Part shown: positions 1 to 9,997 of the stretch, piece by piece | How positions within the stretch are numbered: position 1 is the stretch's first letter | How the letters are laid out: the number at the start of each line of letters is the position of its first letter | From: a virus | Lineage: Duplodnaviria > Caudoviricetes | IMG/VR virus record: IMGVR_UViG_3300022407_004352 | Span: 1-64,000 of that record | Reading direction: 5' to 3' (one strand) | DNA length: 64,000 nucleotides | Notes under the pieces: model-generated | What the model saw: only the letters and a program-made list of their open reading frames with translations | The model's database searches: none | Told to the model about the DNA's origin: nothing | Position numbers and translations under genes: made by a program

Positions 1-292
1 GATATCCGATATAATAAAAAGCCCATGCAAACGAATTACTATCATACTCGACCCGGATGCTCAGTGGGAAGCTCTTAAAACGGGGCTTGAATTGTCAAGA
101 CATAAGAGGGTAAGAATTGTTTTCCTACCATTTACCAAAAAACCTGGTTCTGAAAAATATTTGGATGCTAATGACTATGGAAAAAAACGAATGATGAGTT
201 TTATAAAGAAGTCGAAGTATATGACCTACCAGGAGATATACCGGAAGTTTATTGTTGAACCGAAACCTATGCACTATCTGCCTGAAGTATGA
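1..292 (+). CDS. DNA primase, C-terminal TOPRIM part (5' truncated by window)
   Basis: Frame from nt 2 reads ISDIIKSPCKRITIILDPDAQWEALKTGLELSRHKRVRIVFLP...DANDYG: TOPRIM DxD motif plus DxND. The ORF track captured only the last 66 aa. Confidence 0.8.
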   Translation, partial: ISDIIKSPCKRITIILDPDAQWEALKTGLELSRHKRVRIVFLPFTKKPGSEKYLDANDYGKKRMMSFIKKSKYMTYQEIYRKFIVEPKPMHYLPEV

Positions 293-1167
293 AAAGAGAA
301 CCATCCATACATATCACAAGAACTACTCTGATAAAGTTACTAAGAGATGCATATAAAACAGCTGGAATTTTTGAAGATTCCATACGTCTAGTGAATTATC
401 TCTTTGAGAGGGGAGTAAACTATAAGTTATCCAACCGGAATCAACTTATCAATACTAATGAGACCCAAAAAAGAAGAGTGGAAAGAATCTCCAAGTCACC
501 GATGGATGATGCCAACCTGTTTAATAAAACCTTGAACTATACTCGGGATAAATTAAAGCACCGGGGTTATACAAAGTATACTCAATCTCATAGGGACTGG
601 GAATTTATCGTAGAGTTAACTGGGTTAGCTAATGATTTCTGTGAAGCTTATGGGTTATCAAGGGAAGCTGGCTATAGGGCTTATATTTCTCTAATGTTCA
701 AAGGAAGAACGGGGGGCTTCCGGATAAGACAGGCAAAAGCCTTCCATGATACCATCGTACAGAGGTATAATTGTTTAATGACCATAAACAATGATGACAA
801 TGAGGAGGATACCGAACTAGCTCATACTAAATATCGGGAACTAGTCTATGAAGCTACTGGAATAACCATGAACTATAAGGATACACCAGAGAAATATGTA
901 TTCTTTGTAAAAGTATCTGAGTTAGCAAGGAGTATGGGAGTATCTGCGGAGAACTATATTACTGGTAATTTTGAAAGTCTAGCGGCATTTTCCACAGGCA
1001 TACCTGCCCCGGAACAGTTAGTTACGGATAATGGGAAAGAGAGAGTGATCAGGTGGTTAGCAGACAATAGGGTAAAATCAGATAAACCCAAAGTGAATAA
1101 AAGTTTAGTAGAGGAGTTTAAAAGAAGGCAATCTAAATTACCCCAAAATGAGGATAACGATATTTAA
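289..1167 (+). CDS. hypothetical protein in replication module
   Basis: 292 aa, coupled between primase and helicase; no motif recognised. Confidence 0.6.
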   Translation: MKREPSIHITRTTLIKLLRDAYKTAGIFEDSIRLVNYLFERGVNYKLSNRNQLINTNETQKRRVERISKSPMDDANLFNKTLNYTRDKLKHRGYTKYTQSHRDWEFIVELTGLANDFCEAYGLSREAGYRAYISLMFKGRTGGFRIRQAKAFHDTIVQRYNCLMTINNDDNEEDTELAHTKYRELVYEATGITMNYKDTPEKYVFFVKVSELARSMGVSAENYITGNFESLAAFSTGIPAPEQLVTDNGKERVIRWLADNRVKSDKPKVNKSLVEEFKRRQSKLPQNEDNDI

Positions 1168-2572
1168 TAACAAAAGTAAACTTGAGGGTTTAACAAAAAC
1201 TATCATGGCCCTAAGGGAGCATCCTCTATTGGCTATCCGTAGGAAAGGAGCTTTCTTCTCACCGGCTTTTCAGCAAAGAAGGTGGGATGGTTTTGTTAGA
1301 TTTATATCTGAGCGGGGTTATTTTGATACTGGAAAATTACCTCAACTCATATCCATACTGCAGGAGCAGGGTGAGGAAGTGGAACTATTGGATGAGAGAG
1401 AAGCTATTGCTAAACCAACAAAGATACCTAAGAGAGTTGGCTACTTGGAACTACGGGACTACCAAAGGGATGCTCTAAAAGCTGTAGTAGACTCCAAGGC
1501 GGGTGAACTAGAGTTCCCACGGGGAATCTTAGGAGTAGCTACTAATGGTGGAAAGACTGCTATAGCTGCAGCAATCTACAAGATGTATGACCAACCAACG
1601 GCTTTCCTACTTAACTCAAAGGAGTTGCTAAAGGATATTATGAAAGAGATGCCCAAGTTAATAGGGCAAAAAGACTTTGGATATGTAGCTTCATCGGAAG
1701 GAGTTGAGTGGAATAGATTTACAGTGATCATGGTTCAAACTGCTAAGTCAAGAATGGCAGAAGTAGCTGAGAAGCTAGCTCAATACCCCGTGGTACTAGT
1801 GGATGAGGGAGATTTAGCAACATCCAATACCTACCGAGATGTACTTAATCATACCTTTAACTCCTATGTAAGAATAGCATTAAGCGGATCAGCCTTTGCA
1901 GATAAAAGGCAGAAGGAAAAGAATGAACGACTTAGAAGTATATTCGGTGACATGATCTATACAATCACAAATGAGAAACTGATAAAGGAAGGCCACTCCT
2001 CACCCATTCGTGTTTTTATATGGAAAGGATCACCTAAGGTGGAGAACTCATATTCCAAAAACCAATCCTGGCAGGAACAATATGAATCCGGTATAATTAA
2101 AAGTACCAGAAGAAACCGGGTGATTGTAAAAAGAGTAGGAGCACATATAGGATATGGAAGATTACCCATGATGGTGATGGTTAAAAATCATAAACATGTA
2201 GCTATCCTATATCGGAAGATAAAGAAAACATACCCTAAGTTAGTAGTAGATTGGGTGCATCATAAAAGGAAAGACCGAGACGATGTAGTAGATCGGTTCA
2301 CAAAAAAGAAGGTAGATATATTAGTCGGTACTTTCATCCTAAAGAGAGGTAAGAATTTTCCTCACATGAAAGCTTTGATAAATGCTTCCGCGGGAGACTC
2401 CATTAGCAATGTACTACAGATTATTGGAAGAGCTACCAGAACATCCATTGAGAAGAAGGAAACAGTGATGGATGATTTTTATGATGAGGGTACTTACCTA
2501 AGACGCCATTCTAAGCATAGGATTACTACCTATAAGAACGAGAAATTAAAAGTAATAGAAAAATACTATTAA
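1148..2572 (+). CDS. SF2 DNA helicase (UvsW/DEAD-like)
   Basis: Q motif LRDYQ, Walker A ATNGGKT, DEGD, SGS motif III, QIIGRATR motif VI. Confidence 0.9.
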   Translation: MRITIFNNKSKLEGLTKTIMALREHPLLAIRRKGAFFSPAFQQRRWDGFVRFISERGYFDTGKLPQLISILQEQGEEVELLDEREAIAKPTKIPKRVGYLELRDYQRDALKAVVDSKAGELEFPRGILGVATNGGKTAIAAAIYKMYDQPTAFLLNSKELLKDIMKEMPKLIGQKDFGYVASSEGVEWNRFTVIMVQTAKSRMAEVAEKLAQYPVVLVDEGDLATSNTYRDVLNHTFNSYVRIALSGSAFADKRQKEKNERLRSIFGDMIYTITNEKLIKEGHSSPIRVFIWKGSPKVENSYSKNQSWQEQYESGIIKSTRRNRVIVKRVGAHIGYGRLPMMVMVKNHKHVAILYRKIKKTYPKLVVDWVHHKRKDRDDVVDRFTKKKVDILVGTFILKRGKNFPHMKALINASAGDSISNVLQIIGRATRTSIEKKETVMDDFYDEGTYLRRHSKHRITTYKNEKLKVIEKYY

Positions 2573-2578
2573 TAATTT

Positions 2579-3055
2579 ATGATAAAGCGAAAAGAAAGAG
2601 ACAAGATGGCTAAGAAGAAACTAGACCTATCCAAACCCATAGATATAACTATCTTCGGTTCAGAGAATGATCCCTGCTTCGGCAAACACCATTCCTTTGA
2701 TGCTGCCGAGTGTGGAGTATGTGGAGATTCCCAAATCTGCCAGATCATTGTATCACAAATGACCCACAAGAAAAGAGAAGAACTATCCAAGACCCAAGCT
2801 TTTATTGACCTAGAGGAACAGAATGTTCTTAAGTTGCCGATACTGGAAAGTATGATCGTGAAAAGGATAAAAGATAGCCCACTAAAATATGTGAGGTTGT
2901 CATCTATGCGGGAATCCATTGCTGAAAGGTTTAATGCTGATAAGAAAATAAGCCCCGATGCGATAAAGCAGGCAGTAAGGGATACAATAAGGCAATCCAA
3001 ATTACTAGTAATGACTAAAAACGAAAAAGCTTACCTAATCATAAAACTACGATGA
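2579..3055 (+). CDS. hypothetical protein, possible Zn-binding
   Basis: CFGKH...CGVCGDSQIC cluster; tiles the operon. Confidence 0.55.
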   Translation: MIKRKERDKMAKKKLDLSKPIDITIFGSENDPCFGKHHSFDAAECGVCGDSQICQIIVSQMTHKKREELSKTQAFIDLEEQNVLKLPILESMIVKRIKDSPLKYVRLSSMRESIAERFNADKKISPDAIKQAVRDTIRQSKLLVMTKNEKAYLIIKLR

Positions 3056-3861
3056 AAGAGATCATACTCAACGGGGGACATTTACTAAAGGGCATGTATG
3101 ATGCCCAGGTTAGTTTAATCATGGAGTATCAGAAACAAGGAATGGTACCATTATCTGATATGGATATTAACCTAAAGGATAGTCAGAGGTTTCTAAAAGA
3201 AACTATTGCTAATATCATAGAGGAGCTTAGTGAAGCAGATGAGGTCTATGGAAAGATCACCGAGCTTCTCTTTAAACCCGAATTAACCAATGAGTACCTA
3301 TCCGAACTATTGGAGAAATACTCAGAGGAGCTAGCAGATGTAATGCATTTTATGTTTGAGTTGATGCATTATTCAGGCATAGAACCCGAAGACATATCAG
3401 ACTACTACAAAGCTTTATGCCAGGAACAGAATCTATTGGCTATAATGACTAGTGATGGGCTAATTACAGGAATGAGATATGGCAGGCACTTAAATGCCTT
3501 TGAGAATCAACAGATTTGCCAAGCTAAGATAGTAGCCAGGAGACTAATCACTGAGGCTGAGTATGAGATAACTCATGTAAATGGGTTTGTAGTACATCCG
3601 GAAGTACAACTATATGTAACAGCTTACAATTGGATGATCACGAAGGAGCTAATGATGGGAGCTAACTTTCTTAAGAACAGAGCTTGGACTAAGGGAGAGA
3701 AACCTTTTGTAAACTTGCCCCAATTTCAAAGAAAGATTATGCAAGCTTTTACATTAATGATGGGCATGTTTGATCTTACGGGATGGGAGGTAAAAGGCAT
3801 TTATAAACACTACATGAGAAAGAATGGGAAGAACTTTGAACGACTAAAAAATAACTATTGA
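3052..3861 (+). CDS. all-alpha dimeric dUTPase/dCTPase (MazG fold, T4 gp56-like)
   Basis: IIEELSEADE, EELADVMHF, KNRAWTK and C-terminal KNGKNFERLKNNY motifs. Confidence 0.8.
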   Translation: MKEIILNGGHLLKGMYDAQVSLIMEYQKQGMVPLSDMDINLKDSQRFLKETIANIIEELSEADEVYGKITELLFKPELTNEYLSELLEKYSEELADVMHFMFELMHYSGIEPEDISDYYKALCQEQNLLAIMTSDGLITGMRYGRHLNAFENQQICQAKIVARRLITEAEYEITHVNGFVVHPEVQLYVTAYNWMITKELMMGANFLKNRAWTKGEKPFVNLPQFQRKIMQAFTLMMGMFDLTGWEVKGIYKHYMRKNGKNFERLKNNY

Positions 3862-4742
3862 TGAACCATACTATAACAGTTCTTAATTTCAAAGACCTCC
3901 AATCCGGTTGGCGGGGTATCAATGAGTTTCTATATCTTAAATGCCAAGCGATTGATGCTGTAGGAGGTGGGATGTATAGTACGGAGTATGTATCCTATAA
4001 CAACTATGTGATTATGCAGACCGCCCAGGTCGATCCGGAATTTAACTTTGGAAAAGTACTAGGGTATGCTAAAGCTAAATGGACTTCTTTGGCATCTAAC
4101 TATGTTAATAAGGATTACCTAGACCTAATCAAAAACACCATCCAACATAGACATGGAAAGGAAGCTAAATCCTATAACTATACCTTCCATTTCAGCAATC
4201 GTCATGGAATGGGTAAGGATTGCTTAATATCTCTAAATTTTACGAAGAGGGTAACTCAGAAGAAACCTGTAGTAGTTTTTAGCATAAGAACATCCGAGGT
4301 AACTAAGAGGCTATTGTTTGATTTCCTTTTGGTACAAAGGATCATCGAGTATGTATATGAGCATACAGATGTAGAGGTTCATCTCTTTGCACCCTCATTT
4401 TATATTACTGCTGAATCTTTTGTAATGTATAATAATGTAAAGGATGTAAGAAAGCTTTTAAAAAATTACCTGGAAAAGAATAGCCTAGAGATACACCAGT
4501 TTCAGGAAAAGGTACTACAAAGAATGGATGAGTACATGAATCACCCCGATCCAAATTCCATCATGTACAGAGTGCATAGAAGATCAGTGCTCCAAATCAG
4601 AAAGGACAAACAGGGTAATCCGGAATCCGGAGTAAAGGACATGTTTGCCAAAAACCTGTTATTATATGAGCCCAAAGAACTATACCCCAAGACTGTTATA
4701 ACAAAGAAAGCAATCAAAAAATTCAAATCTTTAAGCCTATGA
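3858..4742 (+). CDS. divergent thymidylate-synthase-fold protein
   Basis: KDCLISLNF...FSIRTSEVTKRLLFDF aligns with the TS PC...RSxDxxxGxxFN block, with Cys kept and Asp at the Asn177 position. Confidence 0.6.
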   Translation: MMNHTITVLNFKDLQSGWRGINEFLYLKCQAIDAVGGGMYSTEYVSYNNYVIMQTAQVDPEFNFGKVLGYAKAKWTSLASNYVNKDYLDLIKNTIQHRHGKEAKSYNYTFHFSNRHGMGKDCLISLNFTKRVTQKKPVVVFSIRTSEVTKRLLFDFLLVQRIIEYVYEHTDVEVHLFAPSFYITAESFVMYNNVKDVRKLLKNYLEKNSLEIHQFQEKVLQRMDEYMNHPDPNSIMYRVHRRSVLQIRKDKQGNPESGVKDMFAKNLLLYEPKELYPKTVITKKAIKKFKSLSL

Positions 4743-5524
4743 TGAAGATATTTAATTCTATTAGTAATGTTATCGTACATGCCAAGGATACTCTATTTAA
4801 TAGCCCTGAAATAGAACTCGGAAAATGGCAAGGGACTACTAAATTTAGTGGGGAGATTATAAAGGAACACATCAATTATATATTCCAAGTACCCATGCCC
4901 TTATCCGTGGCAGTACTTCAGAGAGAAACTCAGGCAGATCAACCCTGGGCTGAAGAGCATTTCCAAGAGAGAGTTAGTGGGATACCTATGAACCCCGGAG
5001 TAAGCTATATGATATGGCCTTACAATAACTTCAAGGATGGGGATGAGTTTCTTACCTCCGGAAGATTCTCACATACTTACATGGAAAGATTCTGGCCAAA
5101 AAATGCTGGGGGTGGACAGCATGGAGATCGGGAATATCATAATACTCCTAACCATGGAATCTGGTATGAGTACGGGGACCTTGCGGATGTAGTTAAGCAA
5201 CTCAAGGAAAACCCTGCAACAAGGCAAGCATATCTTCCAATATGGCATCCGGAAGATACCGGAGCAAAGCATGGACAAAGAGTTCCTTGTACGATAGGAT
5301 ACCATTTCCTAATCCGGGGTAATTGTCTGCACTTAAATTACTATATCCGGAGCTGCGATTTTTATAGGCATTTTAAAAATGATATATACTTAACCATCCG
5401 ATTAGCACAAAATATAAAGGAAGCTATTGGACTGGACATTTCACTGGGTTTTCTAACCATGCACATAGGCTCCTTTCATATGTTTAAAAATGATACCCAC
5501 TTAATCAAAAAGGGTAACTATTAA
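4739..5524 (+). CDS. TS-family dCMP hydroxymethylase/methylase-like enzyme
   Basis: TRQAY, VPCTIGYHF, RSCDFYRHFKND (cf. T4 gp42 RSNDVVFGFRND), GSFHMF. Confidence 0.8.
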   Translation: MMKIFNSISNVIVHAKDTLFNSPEIELGKWQGTTKFSGEIIKEHINYIFQVPMPLSVAVLQRETQADQPWAEEHFQERVSGIPMNPGVSYMIWPYNNFKDGDEFLTSGRFSHTYMERFWPKNAGGGQHGDREYHNTPNHGIWYEYGDLADVVKQLKENPATRQAYLPIWHPEDTGAKHGQRVPCTIGYHFLIRGNCLHLNYYIRSCDFYRHFKNDIYLTIRLAQNIKEAIGLDISLGFLTMHIGSFHMFKNDTHLIKKGNY

Positions 5525-5529
5525 ATCAT

Positions 5530-5982
5530 ATGAGAATAACTCGAGAAAATCTAAACATGAACATAGCCCTCTTGATTTCAAAGAGGGCTACTTGTGGCAG
5601 AGCCCAGGTAGGGGCAGTGATTGTAAAGGATAATCGTATCATATCTACTGGGTATAATGGTCCCCTAAGATCAGAACCTGACTGCTCCAATCATTGTGAT
5701 ACATCTAAATCCTGTATTAGAGCAGTCCATGCTGAGGCTAATGCTATCTACAATGCCGCCAAGAATGGGTTATCATTGGAAGGATGCGAATTATATTGCA
5801 CCTATCGACCATGCCGAAAATGCTTTGAGGCTATAGTTCAATCCGGTATTAAAAAAGTATACTACCTAAACGATTATAATACCGATGGCCAGAAGAAAGC
5901 AGACATAGGATTTTACTATCAATTAAATGGCGTGGAATTAACTCAGCTGGATCATTTTGAAACTCAAGTATACAATGGATAG
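5530..5982 (+). CDS. dCMP deaminase
   Basis: C..AQVGAVIVKDNRIISTGYNG, HAEANAI, PCRKC zinc motifs. Confidence 0.95.
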   Translation: MRITRENLNMNIALLISKRATCGRAQVGAVIVKDNRIISTGYNGPLRSEPDCSNHCDTSKSCIRAVHAEANAIYNAAKNGLSLEGCELYCTYRPCRKCFEAIVQSGIKKVYYLNDYNTDGQKKADIGFYYQLNGVELTQLDHFETQVYNG

Positions 5983-8146
5983 TAACTTTGCAATAGTAAA
6001 GACGATCAAGGGGGTAGAGAGGATACTAGAGTACTGCAGAAAGACTGGGTATATGTCCTTTGACTTTGAAACAAAGGCTAAAGGAGGTCCCCAAAGTGAT
6101 CAGGATGATTGTACTATAATAGGCATAGCTTTCCAACCCGGATTTGCATATTCCATACCCCTATATCATAAAGAATCTAACCTAGACCCGGAAGAGATAT
6201 TTCCATTATTGGGTAAACTATGGGAAGATACCAGTATAGTAAAGGTAGCTTGGAATGCCAAGCATGAATACAAATGGGTTAGACGATATGGTTATGATAT
6301 TCGGGGTGTATATTTGGATGGTATGCTTGCCAAGTATGTACTGGATGAAGAGCCCCCCAATGATCTGAAATCCATGGTTGCAAGGTTTATACCTGAATTT
6401 GCTGGGTATGATGATGAGGTGGATAAGCTGGTCAAGAAACATAAAGGCTGGGAACATGTTCCCCTTACTCCATTATCGGAGTACTGTTGTATGGATGCAG
6501 ACTTTACATTACGACTCTCAATCTTCTTTGAGAAGCTACTACTAAGACCCAAGAATCCAAAGTTCTACCCTCTATTCCGGAATATGGCCATGATGCAGAG
6601 CAGAACCTTTGCAGAGTCCGAACTGATGGGTGTAAAGATTGATGTAAAGTATCTGAATAGAATAGAGCAACAGACCCGGGGTAGGATAGAAAAGAATCTA
6701 AAGAAGTTATTGGCAATAAAGGTCATAAGAAGATACCAAGAGTGGAGAATCACAGACCATATCCGTAAACTAATCGAATCCACGAATGCTGAAATCTATG
6801 CTATAAAGACTGGTAAGAAAGAGGCTAAGAATGAAGCATCCAAAGCCAGGATGATAAACCAGAGAGAGGAAAAGATTAGTAGGTATATAGCGGGGGAGCT
6901 AGTAACCAAGAAGGAAGTAGTAGATGAGGTGAACTTTAACTCACCCGACCAGATGGTGCAATTATTATTCACATCACCCAAGGGATTTCGATTCAAGATT
7001 GTAAAATACACAAAGGATAAGGAAACAAAGAGACCCACTACTAAGCCATCCACGGATGAGGAAGTTTTATTGGAATTAAAAACCAAGGATAAGACTGGGT
7101 TTATACAGAAGCTATTGGATCATAGGGAACTATCAAAACTCCACTCCACTTATATGGTATCCATACAGGAGAGAGTAACACCCGACCATAAAATTCATGG
7201 GGAGTTTAAAATCCACGGAACTGTTACAGGTAGACCCTCATCTGCTAATCCAAATCTACAAAACATACCCCGTACTACTACCTCATCCTTAATCAAGGGT
7301 ATGTATATACCCCCACCGGGGCATCTGCTACTAGAAGTGGACTATGGGCAAGCTGAGTTAAGGGTAGCAGCTGAGCTATCCAAAGACCCGGATATGATTG
7401 AGATTTTCAAGAAAGGTTACAATGTGCACGTAGCAACTGCTGCTAAGATCAATCGGAAATTTGAGAAGTATGAAGAGATTAAAGGTATATTATCAGACCC
7501 TAAACATCCTGACCATCTCTTTTGGGAAAAACAAAAGAAGAGAGGTAAGGTATTAAACTTTTCTATTCTATATTTACAATCGGATGAGATGACCGCAGAC
7601 CAGATGGGTGTTTCAGTAGAAGAAGCTATTGAATTCAAACAAGAATGGTTCAATCAATTTCCTTTGATAAAGAAGTGGATGAGTGCTCAGGAAAGAAGGG
7701 TAAGGAAGTATGGATATGTAGAAGGTTTGTTTGGAAGGAGAAGAAGATTACCAGATATTTATTCTGACATAAAAGGCTTTAGAAACAAAGCCATAAGGGA
7801 TTCCATTAATGCTCCTATACAGGGATGCTCATCGGACTTCACTCAATTTTCTACAGTGATCATAAGGGATCATATAAATAGAGGTACCATAAAGCTAACT
7901 GACTCTCTGCAATGGAGATACCAAGCATATACGGTACACGATTCGATCGGATATTATGTACAGCCCCAGTTTATCCATAAAGCAGTACCTCTTATAACGG
8001 AGATATGTTCCAATCCGGATACCCAAAAATACTTTAACTTCGAGATGCAACATGTGAAGATGAAGGTATCCGCTGAGATGGGTAAATCATGGGGGTCACT
8101 AGAGGATTATTCCTACGATAAAGACTATTCACTATGGCTAAAATAA
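5975..8146 (+). CDS. polA: DNA polymerase family A with 3'-5' exonuclease
   Basis: ExoI FDFET, GTVTGRPSS..PNLQNIP, motif A DYGQAELR, motif B RGKVLNF..Y, motif C VHDS; ATG 5975 preferred to TTG 5957. Confidence 0.95.
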   Translation: MDSNFAIVKTIKGVERILEYCRKTGYMSFDFETKAKGGPQSDQDDCTIIGIAFQPGFAYSIPLYHKESNLDPEEIFPLLGKLWEDTSIVKVAWNAKHEYKWVRRYGYDIRGVYLDGMLAKYVLDEEPPNDLKSMVARFIPEFAGYDDEVDKLVKKHKGWEHVPLTPLSEYCCMDADFTLRLSIFFEKLLLRPKNPKFYPLFRNMAMMQSRTFAESELMGVKIDVKYLNRIEQQTRGRIEKNLKKLLAIKVIRRYQEWRITDHIRKLIESTNAEIYAIKTGKKEAKNEASKARMINQREEKISRYIAGELVTKKEVVDEVNFNSPDQMVQLLFTSPKGFRFKIVKYTKDKETKRPTTKPSTDEEVLLELKTKDKTGFIQKLLDHRELSKLHSTYMVSIQERVTPDHKIHGEFKIHGTVTGRPSSANPNLQNIPRTTTSSLIKGMYIPPPGHLLLEVDYGQAELRVAAELSKDPDMIEIFKKGYNVHVATAAKINRKFEKYEEIKGILSDPKHPDHLFWEKQKKRGKVLNFSILYLQSDEMTADQMGVSVEEAIEFKQEWFNQFPLIKKWMSAQERRVRKYGYVEGLFGRRRRLPDIYSDIKGFRNKAIRDSINAPIQGCSSDFTQFSTVIIRDHINRGTIKLTDSLQWRYQAYTVHDSIGYYVQPQFIHKAVPLITEICSNPDTQKYFNFEMQHVKMKVSAEMGKSWGSLEDYSYDKDYSLWLK

Positions 8147-8159
8147 ACCAAATATATAC

Positions 8160-8780
8160 ATGAAAAAGATAGCGTTCACTGGGACTTCGGGGTCGGGTAA
8201 GACTACCTTAGTAAAATTTATTGAAGAGGAACTAAAACTAAAACACCTGAATGGTAGTAGTGGAGAACTTCTAACTGAGAAAGATGTGGAAGAGTTTGAA
8301 GAAAGGTTCTCATACAAAGGGGGTAAAGGACATGCCCATGTGATACGTGAATCCCACATGAATCCGGAGTTCGGTTTAAAATACCAGCTTAGAGTATTGG
8401 AAAGAAGAACCCAACTCATTGAGGAGCATATGGATTTTGTAACAGATAGGAGTCCATTGGATAACTTTGTTTACTTCATGCTTCAGTCCGGATTATACCA
8501 ATCCAACATCATATGCCAAAACTTTATGGAACTCTCCATGAAGGCTATGTCTGAGCTAACACATATCATTTATGTTCCAGCGATGATACAGGATGTAGAA
8601 GATAATAATAGCCGAGTAGCAAACTACTTATATCAAAGAGCTGTAGATGCTATCTTCAACACTTACTGGCAACCATTCTCACACCACGCAAAGGTTGCTA
8701 ACCCACGGTTAAAACTCATGAAATTAACCGTTCTAAACTTGGCTGAAAGAAAAGCCCAGGTTAAAGAATTTCTTAGATAA
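8160..8780 (+). CDS. deoxynucleoside monophosphate kinase-like P-loop protein
   Basis: FTGTSGSGKTT Walker A and DRSPLD motif. Confidence 0.75.
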   Translation: MKKIAFTGTSGSGKTTLVKFIEEELKLKHLNGSSGELLTEKDVEEFEERFSYKGGKGHAHVIRESHMNPEFGLKYQLRVLERRTQLIEEHMDFVTDRSPLDNFVYFMLQSGLYQSNIICQNFMELSMKAMSELTHIIYVPAMIQDVEDNNSRVANYLYQRAVDAIFNTYWQPFSHHAKVANPRLKLMKLTVLNLAERKAQVKEFLR

Positions 8781-8810
8781 ACCCGGGACTATTTAAGAAA
8801 AATAAAAATC

Positions 8811-9254
8811 ATGAGCAAATTAATAAAGTATGCCGAGACCTCACCCATAATGGATATAAAGATAAAGTATAATGACCAGATATTCAGTTTCAATTTGGAT
8901 GCTGAGGTTAAAGTATCAGAGAATAACATAGCTCTGCACTTAAAGAACCAGACTCGGGGTTATGCTTTTCTAGCTATGCTCCATAAGAAGTTAATCATCA
9001 AGGTAAGGGATGAGCAGAAAGCATATAACCGGATTAAGGGAGAGGAGCTTGCTAAGTTAACCAGTGGAGAGGGGGGAGCTAAATGGAAAGCAGAAGCCGC
9101 ATTAGCATCCATACCTAAATTGGTAAAGATGGAGAGAGCTATCCTTGAGCTTGAGGAATCAAGGGATATATTGGAGGTAACAGTACGAGCTTTTGAAATG
9201 AGAAAGGATTTAATACAAACACTATCAGCAAACATACGTAAAGAAAGAATATGA
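8811..9254 (+). CDS. UvsY-like recombination mediator
   Basis: Helical 147 aa ending AFEMRKDLIQTLSANIRKE; lies before SSB and RecA. Confidence 0.6.
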   Translation: MSKLIKYAETSPIMDIKIKYNDQIFSFNLDAEVKVSENNIALHLKNQTRGYAFLAMLHKKLIIKVRDEQKAYNRIKGEELAKLTSGEGGAKWKAEAALASIPKLVKMERAILELEESRDILEVTVRAFEMRKDLIQTLSANIRKERI

Positions 9255-9994
9255 GTAAACTAAACCTGGCAAGAAAGAAGAAACTTCAACAGAGAAGAAA
9301 AAGCATCGCTGAGAGAAGCGAAGGAAATTCAATGCTTTATTTTAAGGCAGATGAAACGGTACGAATCAGACCTCTTCCAGTAAGAGAAGAGGAAGAGTTC
9401 GGTATGGAGATTGTATACTTTTATCCAAATGCGGAACTCAAGGGACTTATATCACCCATGACCTTTGCAGAACCCTGTGCTATCTATGATAAGTATCAGG
9501 AGCTTAAGGAATCCAAAGATGAGGGTGATAAGAAATTAGCCGAGTCTTTGAAACCAAAAAGAAAATTTGTAATACCCTGCATCAAATACAAGGATGCTGC
9601 GGGTAAGCAAGTGGATGAGAAAGCAGGAGTGAAGTTAGCACAACTAACTCCGGGGCAGTATCAGGATATGATCGACCTTTACTTGGATGATGACAATGGG
9701 GATTTCACTGACCCTAAAACTGGATACGATCTAAAGATCACAAGAACTGGATCAGGGCAATTTGATACTGAGTATTCTACACTACCTGGAAAGAAATCAG
9801 CATTGAATTCTAAGTTCAATAAAATCTATGACATCAAAGAGCTCCTTCGTAAAGAGGTTTTATCCTATGAGGAAACAGTAGAGAAGCTGAATCAATTTCT
9901 AGGTATTGATGCGGATGCACCTCCAAAGAAGAAAAAGATTAAAGCAGGTAGCCCGGAGTTAAAGAAGAAAAAGAAGATAAAAACCAGACTATAG
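9251..9994 (+). CDS. single-stranded DNA-binding protein (gp32-like)
   Basis: IRPLP, DFTDPKTGYDLKITRTGSGQFDTEY pattern typical of phage SSBs. Confidence 0.8.
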   Translation: MSKLNLARKKKLQQRRKSIAERSEGNSMLYFKADETVRIRPLPVREEEEFGMEIVYFYPNAELKGLISPMTFAEPCAIYDKYQELKESKDEGDKKLAESLKPKRKFVIPCIKYKDAAGKQVDEKAGVKLAQLTPGQYQDMIDLYLDDDNGDFTDPKTGYDLKITRTGSGQFDTEYSTLPGKKSALNSKFNKIYDIKELLRKEVLSYEETVEKLNQFLGIDADAPPKKKKIKAGSPELKKKKKIKTRL

Positions 9995-9997
9995 AAG

